This document shows, one piece after another, positions 57,508 through 64,000 of a stretch of 64,000 nt of DNA (the first letter of the stretch is position 1; every line of letters begins with the position of its first letter). Position numbers and translations under genes: made by a program. Source of the stretch: Acidilobaceae archaeon (lineage in GTDB: Archaea; Thermoproteota; Thermoprotei_A; Sulfolobales; Acidilobaceae); assembly GCA_038897215.1 (NCBI GenBank), contig JAWAWX010000001.1:1024001-1088000 (forward strand), in the 5' to 3' direction. A model generated the notes under the pieces. That model made no database searches and was not told where the DNA came from. It saw nothing but the letters and a program-made list of their open reading frames with translations.

Positions 57508-58182
57508 CTAGCTATTGAGGGGGGGTAAAACGCTTTTCGGGCTGACGACCTTGTAGACTAGGTGAAGCCAGCCCGGGCACACCTCCCAGTAGTCTACTAG
57601 AGCTAGCTCGACTCTACTCTTCTCCCCGTCGAAGACCTCGCAGCGAGCTAGAGAGACTCCGGAGCCGAAGACGTATGGGGCTATGGTTACTCTGAGCTCG
57701 TCCACAAGCCCTGCGGCTAAAAGCGAGCAGTTGAGCATCCCTCCCCCCTCTACTAAGACTCTCCTAGCGCCCATATCGTAGAGTCTGGCTAGAGCTACGC
57801 TGAAGTCTATGGACTCTCTCCCTGCTCTAATCACTCTAACCCCCCGGTTAATGTAGCCAGCTAGGTCTTCATCACTCCATTTCTCTAAAGTGACCAAGAC
57901 CCCTCTCCCAGGAGACTCGAAGACTCTAGCCGAGGGGGGCACTCTGAGCTGAGCATCAACAACAACTCTGTAGTGGGGGCTAGGCCCCGGAGCCATCCTG
58001 GTAGTCAGCCTGGGGTCGTCGGAGATCGCGGTGTTAGCTCCCACCATGACCGCGTCGCTCACAGACCTCAAGCTGTGGAGAAGCTCCAGGTCTCTCGGGC
58101 AGCTGAGCCTAGAGAAGCCCGTCCTACTCGCTATCCTACCATCTAGAGTCATCGTCGAGAATATAGTAACGTGAGGCCTCAA
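57508..58182 (-). CDS. RibD C-terminal-type pyrimidine reductase
   Basis: TLDGRIA, DAVMVGANT..DDP.LT.R, LVEGGG, VDEL..IAP. Confidence 0.88.
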   Translation of the reverse strand: MRPHVTIFSTMTLDGRIASRTGFSRLSCPRDLELLHSLRSVSDAVMVGANTAISDDPRLTTRMAPGPSPHYRVVVDAQLRVPPSARVFESPGRGVLVTLEKWSDEDLAGYINRGVRVIRAGRESIDFSVALARLYDMGARRVLVEGGGMLNCSLLAAGLVDELRVTIAPYVFGSGVSLARCEVFDGEKSRVELALVDYWEVCPGWLHLVYKVVSPKSVLPPLNS

Positions 58183-58390
58183 GAGTAGAGCCTCCTAGAG
58201 AAAGAAGCTCTCCTCGAGAGACTTATAACCCTAGACTCGTATAACCTCAGTGGACCCCGGTTGCCCGCGCGACACCCCCGCGTATCGGAGGAGAGTGAGC
58301 GCGGGACGGGTCGCTCCCGGCCTCTATCAACACTCTTAATCCCCCTATATTAGGGCTCTTCGAGAGCCAGGTCTCCGAGGGTGTCGTAGA

Positions 58391-58717
58391 GTGAGCGGAG
58401 AGAAGAGTGGTGGTAGAGTGCGTGTCGAGAGAGTAGGCGATAGAACCTACAGGGTTTTATTTGAGGGAGAGGACCACACTATGGGCAACTTGCTCGCTAC
58501 GACCCTCACGGGTATGCCTGAGGTTGAAGCGGCTAGCTACATGAAGCCTCATCCTCTCGAAGACAAGATCGTGGTCTTCGTCTCTCTCAGAGATAGTGGA
58601 GTCGATGTTGTAGACGTGTTGATCAAAGCTCTCGAGAGGATACTAGAGAAGAACAAGGTCTTCAGAGAGCTCTACCTAGCTGCTCTCAGAGAGAGAGGAG
58701 TGTCTATTGAAGCCTGA
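58391..58717 (+). CDS. rpoL: RNA polymerase subunit Rpo11 (L)
   Basis: EGEDHTMGNLL, ASY..PHPL. Confidence 0.95.
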   Translation: MSGEKSGGRVRVERVGDRTYRVLFEGEDHTMGNLLATTLTGMPEVEAASYMKPHPLEDKIVVFVSLRDSGVDVVDVLIKALERILEKNKVFRELYLAALRERGVSIEA

Positions 58718-59006
58718 GGCTAGAGTACTCTTATCCAGGTGTAGCGATGATGTCTGCGCTTCGGTAATCGCTAGAGGCAGAAGCTTCGACAGCTTGATCC
58801 TAGCTGAGAGCTGTGCTGAGCTCTGCGCGAGACTAGAGAGAGAAGGCTACGCTGGAGAGCTACGCTATGCTCTAGGAGACTGTACTTGCGGTGCTCCAGC
58901 ACCCCCGGGGCCCGTTGAGGCTGAGAGCTTCTACGAGCCTCTCCTAGTTAAGCTTATAGGTCTAGCCGGTAGGATGAAGAGAGCTAGAGCGCTTCAGCCA
59001 AGCTAG
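58707..59006 (+). CDS. hypothetical Cys-containing protein
   Basis: Overlaps the rpoL stop and lies directly before tfs. Confidence 0.6.
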   Translation: MKPEARVLLSRCSDDVCASVIARGRSFDSLILAESCAELCARLEREGYAGELRYALGDCTCGAPAPPGPVEAESFYEPLLVKLIGLAGRMKRARALQPS

Positions 59007-59008
59007 AG

Positions 59009-59359
59009 GTGGGGGGATTGCTGAGATTCTGCCCTAGATGCGGTGCTTTGATGAGCCCTAGGAGAGAGAGCGATGGCTCTAGCTCTCTCGCATGCCCTAG
59101 ATGCGGCTACACTGAGAGAACCCAGGAGGCTGTAACGATACAGGTGAAGAGTAGCGCTAAGAGGAACCCTAGAGATAAGACTCTAGTGCTAGACAAGGAG
59201 AAGACCCCGGAGACTCTCCAAACAGTCTCCATAGTGTGCCCTAAGTGCGGCAATGATAAAGCCTACTTCTGGATGATGCAGACCAGAGCAGCCGACGAGC
59301 CCCCCACTAGGTTCTACAGGTGCACTAAGTGTGGCTACACTTGGAGAGAGTACGCTTAA
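59009..59359 (+). CDS. tfs: transcription factor S (TFS/RpoM)
   Basis: Two Zn ribbons; QTRAADEP with the catalytic DE pair. Confidence 0.95.
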   Translation: MGGLLRFCPRCGALMSPRRESDGSSSLACPRCGYTERTQEAVTIQVKSSAKRNPRDKTLVLDKEKTPETLQTVSIVCPKCGNDKAYFWMMQTRAADEPPTRFYRCTKCGYTWREYA

Positions 59360-59555
59360 GCTCTCCTGTAGAGACATCCTGGAGGTTCTAGAGAAAGGGC
59401 TCTCGAGACTAGTCGAGGACCTAGCTAGAGCCTCTAGCACTACTCCCCCCACTATCTCATCGAAGCAGCTGGTAGCGGGAGCGCTAGAGCTAGCTATGGG
59501 GCTCAGAGACTCTGTCTCGCTAGCTCGAGAGCTCTGCTTGTGTAGAGAGTCTTGA
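59331..59555 (+). CDS. hypothetical protein
   Basis: Short ORF filling the gap after tfs; start uncertain. Confidence 0.4.
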   Translation: MATLGESTLKLSCRDILEVLEKGLSRLVEDLARASSTTPPTISSKQLVAGALELAMGLRDSVSLARELCLCRES

Positions 59556-59610
59556 AACCGATCCTTTATAAGCCTCGAGACCTACCAGGATTGCTGTGGT
59601 GTAGAGGTCC

Positions 59611-59859
59611 GTGCCTACAGAGGCAGTGATATTGATCAACGTCGATATAGGCAAGGAGGAGACAGTCTTCCAGAAGCTTCTCGAGATTCCCGAGGTTAAG
59701 GAAGCATACATAGTCTACGGTATCCACGACTTGATAACTGTAGTGAAAGCCGATGGGTTGGAGGAGCTCAGGCAAGTAGTTGTCCAGAAGATAAGGAAAA
59801 TCGAGGGAGTCAGGAACACGATAACGTGTATAGTAGTTAAGAAAGAGCAGAAGGCTTAA
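59611..59859 (+). CDS. stand-alone Lrp/AsnC ligand-binding (RAM) domain protein
   Basis: AVILIN, EVKEAYIVYG.HDLI, KIRKIEGV..T.T. Confidence 0.88.
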   Translation: MPTEAVILINVDIGKEETVFQKLLEIPEVKEAYIVYGIHDLITVVKADGLEELRQVVVQKIRKIEGVRNTITCIVVKKEQKA

Positions 59860-59882
59860 TTCTAGAGAACGAAAGGTAGCCC

Positions 59883-61226
59883 ATGAGGCTGGTCACTCTA
59901 GCCTTCGATAGCATTGATAGCATCGACGCTGGCTGCACTACTCACTTCGCTTCTCTACTACTACTGAAGCTAAGAGGTAGAGTCAAGCTAGCCGACTTAC
60001 CGCTCCTCGTTAGACTCAATCCAGCAATCCCCTGGAAGACTAGAGGAAACGCTTCAGTAGCTCTCAGACTCTACTACGATGGGAGGCTAGAGGAGCTCCT
60101 CGATGAGACCGTAGAGCTAGCCGAAGAGTATAGCGGAGACAGGGAGCTCTACGGTATCACTGTAGCCTCTGGAGCCCCCTGGAGAGACCCCGACTTCAGG
60201 AGGCTCTACGAGAAATCCTTGACCAGCGTGGTCCCAGTAGATGTAGCTGTAGAGCTAGCTGAGCGGAAGAGAGTACTCTGGAGTGGCGGTAGAGGCGTTG
60301 TTGGAGCTCTAGCCGCTCTAGCAGCTCTAGCCGATAGAGAAGACTACACGTTCGAACTCGTAGCTTACAGGAAGCCTGAAGAGTGGGGCTCTGAGAGGTG
60401 TGTTAGAGAAGGGCTCGCAGCGGCTCTCCTCGAGGAAGAGCTCCCTCCGTGTGTGTTCAATAACTATGACCCTTTAACCGGGGAGTTAACTGCTGCTCCT
60501 AGAGGCTACGACCCTGTGCTAGCAGGCTTTAGAGGAGACTGTTACGAGAGCCTCCCCGCTTACTCGAGACTACTCTGCGAGGAGCCCAGCTTCTGGACTC
60601 TATACAGGTCCAATCAGCACACAGACGCGCACGCTAAGCCTCTAGAGGGCAGACTCTACCCCTACGAGTCGGGCTATGTGAGAGGAGTAGTAGTAGATGC
60701 TGAGGTTCTCCCGGGCTCGCATACAGTGGTTGAGATCGAGACGAGTGATGGGAGAGTAGACGCTGTATTCTATAGAGAAACCTTCCCCATGAATAGAGTA
60801 GCTGCTGAGCTGAGAAGAGGCGATAAGGTAGCGGTATACGGTAGCGTGAGACCATACAAGCCTAGAGGTAGAGTAGTCCTAGCCTCCGAGAAGCTAGTAG
60901 TCGAGAGCATAGCTAGAAGAGTCATCCAGGCAAACCCCAGATGCCCACTCTGCGGGTCTAGGCTTGAGAGCTCTGGAGCAGGAAAGAAGCTCAGATGCCG
61001 TAACTGCAGATACGTAGCCAGAGACCAGGCGAAGATAGAGATAGAGGTTGAGACAACGGTATTGCCAGCTGTATACACTCCAAGACCTGGGAGGCTGAGA
61101 CACCTAGTCGCTCCACCTAGCAGAAGGCCTAGGCTAGACTACGAGCTCCCCCTAGAGCCTCTAAGCGTTGAGGATGTCGTGAGTCGTACACCACCCAAGC
61201 CTCCTCTAGTAAAGCATCGTGTTTAA
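59883..61226 (+). CDS. tiaS: tRNA(Ile2) 2-agmatinylcytidine synthetase
   Basis: D..D...GCTT, LVRLNP.IPWKTRGN, GRGVVGA, SNQHTDAH, NPRCPLCG..LES.G..C..C, HL. Confidence 0.92.
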   Translation: MRLVTLAFDSIDSIDAGCTTHFASLLLLKLRGRVKLADLPLLVRLNPAIPWKTRGNASVALRLYYDGRLEELLDETVELAEEYSGDRELYGITVASGAPWRDPDFRRLYEKSLTSVVPVDVAVELAERKRVLWSGGRGVVGALAALAALADREDYTFELVAYRKPEEWGSERCVREGLAAALLEEELPPCVFNNYDPLTGELTAAPRGYDPVLAGFRGDCYESLPAYSRLLCEEPSFWTLYRSNQHTDAHAKPLEGRLYPYESGYVRGVVVDAEVLPGSHTVVEIETSDGRVDAVFYRETFPMNRVAAELRRGDKVAVYGSVRPYKPRGRVVLASEKLVVESIARRVIQANPRCPLCGSRLESSGAGKKLRCRNCRYVARDQAKIEIEVETTVLPAVYTPRPGRLRHLVAPPSRRPRLDYELPLEPLSVEDVVSRTPPKPPLVKHRV

Positions 61227-61239
61227 CCGGGGGGTTTAG

Positions 61240-61638
61240 ACCCCCTCGTTTCCTCTGGAGCCCACTCAAGCGAGTCTAGAGCCTTAGCTGAGAAGATGAG
61301 AGGAGCTGTAATCGAGCCGGACTCCTAGACTCTACCCACACCCCTCGTTTTCTACTGGAGAGCTATCTACATGTGAAAAACAAGATTTGAACCTTCACGA
61401 GATAAGAGTAATCGCTGTTCGCGATGCTATAGTTCTAGCTCTGATTAAAGTTTGTATAACGTTTTTAGCAACGGCCGAGCTGTATTCTAGAAAGTCGGCG
61501 CCATGGGGTCTAGTGGAAGTAGAGGGGTGCGGCTCTCGAGAGTATACACTCATGTATAGACATCGCCTCAGCGAGCATCAATGAGACCCCCCCGTTTCCA
61601 CTGGAGCCCACCAGTTACTGTAGATAATTCCCCTGGAG
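61240..61638. other. chromosomal replication origin (oriC) with ORB elements and AT-rich unwinding region
   Basis: ORB copies at 61240-61261 (ACCCCCTCGTTTCCTCTGGAGC), 61340-61360 and 61586-61607; inverted copy at 61508-61528 (GTCTAGTGGAAGTAGAGGGGT); mini-ORB at 61628-61638; AT-rich tract about 61370-61470. Confidence 0.85.
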
Positions 61639-61663
61639 TTACTGCTAGCGAGCGGGTCGAGCT

Positions 61664-62407
61664 TTGAGCTGCGACCCTCTCATAGAGGCTGCTCGAGGAG
61701 CACTCGACTTAGTCAGAGGCCTCCTAAGAGAGAACACTATCCTAGGAGCGGGGACTGGCAGGACTGTAGTAGCGTTCCTCAACATGCTCTCACGAGAATC
61801 CCCCAAATCTATCTACGTGGTGCCATCTAGTCTAGATACAGCTCTCCTAGCCTCACGCTTAGGCTTCAGAGTCCTCGACCCTAGGACCGTAGAGTCTCTA
61901 GATGTCTATGTTGATGGAGCAGATGAGGTCGACGAGAGAGGCTTTATGCTCAAGGGGGGCGGTGGAGCAATGCTCGGAGAGAAGATAATGGCCTACAGTA
62001 GCTCTCTAAACGTGTTCGCGGTATCAGAAGACAAGCTAGTAGAGAGGATCGGGTCGAGGAGACCTATCCCAGTAGAGGTGGAGCCAGGCTATCTGGCTAT
62101 GGTCTTGAAGACTCTTGAGTCTATGGGGCTTAGAGGGACTCTCAGAGAGTCAGTGGGTAAGAAGGGCCCCCTGGCTTCAGACTGGGGAGGAGTCATAGTA
62201 GACGTGGAGACAGAACCGTTAAGCGACCCGGAGAGCTTGGAGAGAGTTTTGAAGAGCGTGCCGGGAGTCCTGGAGACAGGCATATTCGCTGGCTACGCTG
62301 ACTACGTGGTAGTAGGCTTCTCGCGATGCGGGTATAGAGTGCTGAGATTCGAGAGAACTAAGCGTCGCCAGCATCAGAGCTTCGAGCAGCTAAACCCCCC
62401 GGTTTAA
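61664..62407 (+). CDS. rpiA: ribose-5-phosphate isomerase A
   Basis: GAGTGRTV, DGADEVD..KGGGGA..EKI, PVEV, PGVLETGIF. Confidence 0.95.
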   Translation: MSCDPLIEAARGALDLVRGLLRENTILGAGTGRTVVAFLNMLSRESPKSIYVVPSSLDTALLASRLGFRVLDPRTVESLDVYVDGADEVDERGFMLKGGGGAMLGEKIMAYSSSLNVFAVSEDKLVERIGSRRPIPVEVEPGYLAMVLKTLESMGLRGTLRESVGKKGPLASDWGGVIVDVETEPLSDPESLERVLKSVPGVLETGIFAGYADYVVVGFSRCGYRVLRFERTKRRQHQSFEQLNPPV

Positions 62408-62426
62408 CGAGCGAGACTCGAGAGTC

Positions 62427-62795
62427 TTGAGCGTAGAGGATGCCGGGAGCTCGGCTGGAGCTCGGAGAGAGCCTCATAGCAGAGCCTCTGCTCTAGGGCT
62501 CTCCGGTAGATTCGTTCTACTAGACTCGAGCCTCGGTCTCTGGGCTTTCTTAGGCAAACACAACGACTACATCATAGTAGAGGGGCTTTATTGCAGTTGC
62601 TACGAGTTCCTGAAGCGCGTGAAGGAGAGGAGGTGTGTTCACCTAGAGGCTCTCGACTTAGCCAAGAAGACTGGGAGGTATAGAAGGCTGAGCTACTCTA
62701 GAGTAGAGGATGTCGCGAGCATAGTGTGGGAATGCCTGACTCTAAGCCACAGCCCTAGACTCAGGTCTCTAGTGTACGGTGAGAGAGGAGTCTAG
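62427..62795 (+). CDS. SWIM zinc-finger protein
   Basis: YCSC..F...CVH motif. Confidence 0.78.
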   Translation: MSVEDAGSSAGARREPHSRASALGLSGRFVLLDSSLGLWAFLGKHNDYIIVEGLYCSCYEFLKRVKERRCVHLEALDLAKKTGRYRRLSYSRVEDVASIVWECLTLSHSPRLRSLVYGERGV

Positions 62796-62800
62796 AGAAC

Positions 62801-62962
62801 TCATAAGAAGATATGGAGTACTCCCACTAAGACAGCTAAAGCTATAGCCGCTAGGAGCACAGCTATCGGTGATAGCTTAAGCCTGCCCTCGAACTCCTCG
62901 TAGAACGATATCAGACCAGCAGCGCTCATAGGCCCCCCGGTTCTCCTCCTTCTACTCGACAC
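62801..62962 (-). CDS. secG: preprotein translocase subunit SecG/Sec61beta (absent from ORF track)
   Basis: MSSRRRRTGGPMSAAGLISFYEE..KLSP plus one C-terminal TM helix, 53 aa. Confidence 0.9.
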   Translation of the reverse strand: MSSRRRRTGGPMSAAGLISFYEEFEGRLKLSPIAVLLAAIALAVLVGVLHIFL

Positions 62963-63013
62963 TCAGAAGACACCCCCAGGTTTCCGTACAAGTCTTCTCT
63001 AGAGGTTAATACT

Positions 63014-63283
63014 CTAATCGCAGCTCGCGGTCTCCAAATCGCTTAGATACTTCTTCCTCAAAGCCTCTTCTACATCGACTCCGACTAGATTAGCTATGCT
63101 GAGAGTCCACGCTACGATATCAGCTATCTCCTCCTCTACTCTAGAATAATCTCTCGAGAGTAGTGCTTCAGCGAGCTCTCCAACTTCCTCAACGAGCCAC
63201 GCGAATGTAGCGTAGAGCCCTCTCTCGCTATCTCTCTCGTAGTAAGCTCTCCTCATAGCCTCCTGGACACACCTCAGCTCCAC
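63014..63283 (-). CDS. MazG-like nucleotide pyrophosphohydrolase
   Basis: YYERD..RG, WLVEEVGELAEA, EEIADI..W, KKY; start placed at internal GTG (ORF track 63379). Confidence 0.88.
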   Translation of the reverse strand: MELRCVQEAMRRAYYERDSERGLYATFAWLVEEVGELAEALLSRDYSRVEEEIADIVAWTLSIANLVGVDVEEALRKKYLSDLETASCD

Positions 63284-63543
63284 GAGGTGGAACCCTAGGA
63301 GCTCTAGAACACCCAGCACTCTAATAGCGTTCACCCTCAACGAGCGTTCGAGCCTCTCACCAACTTCACATGATTCCACATAACTAGCTCTACTCTCAAC
63401 CAGCAGACCTCAATGCCCCCACTCGTCCCTCTAAGCTATCTTCTCCAGCTAGGACGAGGTTTTGTGGAGCTAGTGAACATATATTAGGTCTGCTTTGAGG
63501 AAGTACTTTCTCTATGCCTCGGAGACCTTAGAGGACGAGATTC

Positions 63544-64000
63544 TTGGGTTTAATTACTGAAGCTCGGAGCAACAGCATGATTGACGAGCTGGTAGAGATT
63601 GCTAGAGTTGAAGGCGTGGACTACGAGTCACTTAGAAGAAGCGTGAGTCAAGGCAGGGTTATTGTAGTGAGGAATCTTAAGAAACGTAGAGTCAGGCTTG
63701 TCGGGATCGGGGAAGGTCTCAGAACTAAGGTGAATGTGAATGTTGGCACGAGCGGGACAGTTGTAGACATAGACCTTGAGGTCAAGAAAGTCGAGACAGC
63801 GGTCAAGTTTGGGACAGACACGTTAATGGATTTGAGTACAGGAGGCGATCTCGATGAGATAAGAGCGAGATTGATGGAAGCCTCTCAAGGAGTTCCTTTC
63901 GGCACTGTACCCACATACCAGGCGTGGATCGATGGAGTCAGGAAGTATGGGAGTATCAACATACCCTCAGACTGGTTTCTCTCAGTAGTGGAGAAGCATT
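63544..64000 (+). CDS. thiC: phosphomethylpyrimidine synthase ThiC, N-terminal part (runs off window)
   Basis: MGLITEAR..IARVEG..GIGEGLRTKVNVNVGTS..E..K...AVKFGTDTLMDLSTGGD..GTVPTYQ. Confidence 0.92.
   Translation, partial: MGLITEARSNSMIDELVEIARVEGVDYESLRRSVSQGRVIVVRNLKKRRVRLVGIGEGLRTKVNVNVGTSGTVVDIDLEVKKVETAVKFGTDTLMDLSTGGDLDEIRARLMEASQGVPFGTVPTYQAWIDGVRKYGSINIPSDWFLSVVEKH

Larger units (their letters stand above)
57835..62408. repeat. four dispersed copies of an 18-bp motif WWAAC-CGGGGR-GTTWR around oriC
   Basis: 57835-57852 (reverse), 60473-60490, 61222-61239, 62390-62407 (reverse). Confidence 0.65.

Noticed and set aside
61387-61584. 65-aa ORF in the tiaS-rpiA gap
   Set aside because: Runs across the AT-rich tract and an ORB, with no recognisable motif
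61240-61638. Repeats as a CRISPR array
   Set aside because: Irregular spacing, mixed orientation and a match to the ORB consensus
1103-62283. Many Ser/Leu-rich ORFs antisense to identified genes (e.g. 4952-5560, 28064-28570, 30414-30830)
   Set aside because: Shadow frames caused by the GAG/AGA/CTA-rich codon usage; no motifs or RBS
61221-62408. 19-bp inverted repeat as transposon or MITE ends
   Set aside because: It encloses oriC and the housekeeping gene rpiA, there is no transposase or target-site duplication, and further copies lie inside nearby genes
63380-63543. TPP riboswitch upstream of thiC
   Set aside because: The conserved CTGAGA and ACCTG/GCG.AGG core elements are not present

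Overview
Core-genome window from a thermophilic crenarchaeon (Thermoproteota, probably Desulfurococcales/Acidilobales-like, judged from Cren7, PriX, GINS15/GINS23, CdvB/CdvC, S26e, TiaS and a 5S rRNA gene with no adjacent 16S/23S). It is dense with replication and repair genes (RFC-L/S, PCNA, PriS, PriX, both GINS subunits, MCM, Hel308, XPD), translation and tRNA genes (IleRS, ProRS, GatCAB, aIF5A, Sua5, MtaB, TiaS, four tRNAs, 5S rRNA) and cofactor genes (pan, thi, moa, rib, pncB). I saw no CRISPR array, transposase or integrase. Main points beyond routine annotation: (1) a free-standing intein-derived ORF after rps27e that has lost its splicing residues; (2) an ORB-type replication origin between tiaS and rpiA with no cdc6/orc1 beside it, surrounded by four copies of a second, unexplained motif (WWAAC-CGGGGR-GTTWR); (3) an unannotated 53-aa poly-Glu/Phe-Trp microprotein with its own promoter and RBS; (4) a cdvB-cdvC pair with no adjacent cdvA and a CdvB that appears to lack MIM2; (5) a ThiD-ThiN fusion with a degenerate ThiN whose ORF ends inside tRNA-Arg; (6) genes that appear to start at CTG, including a RidA missed by the ORF track; (7) several candidate guide or K-turn sRNAs; (8) strong CTAG over-representation. 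All calls are by-eye motif recognition, with no database searches.
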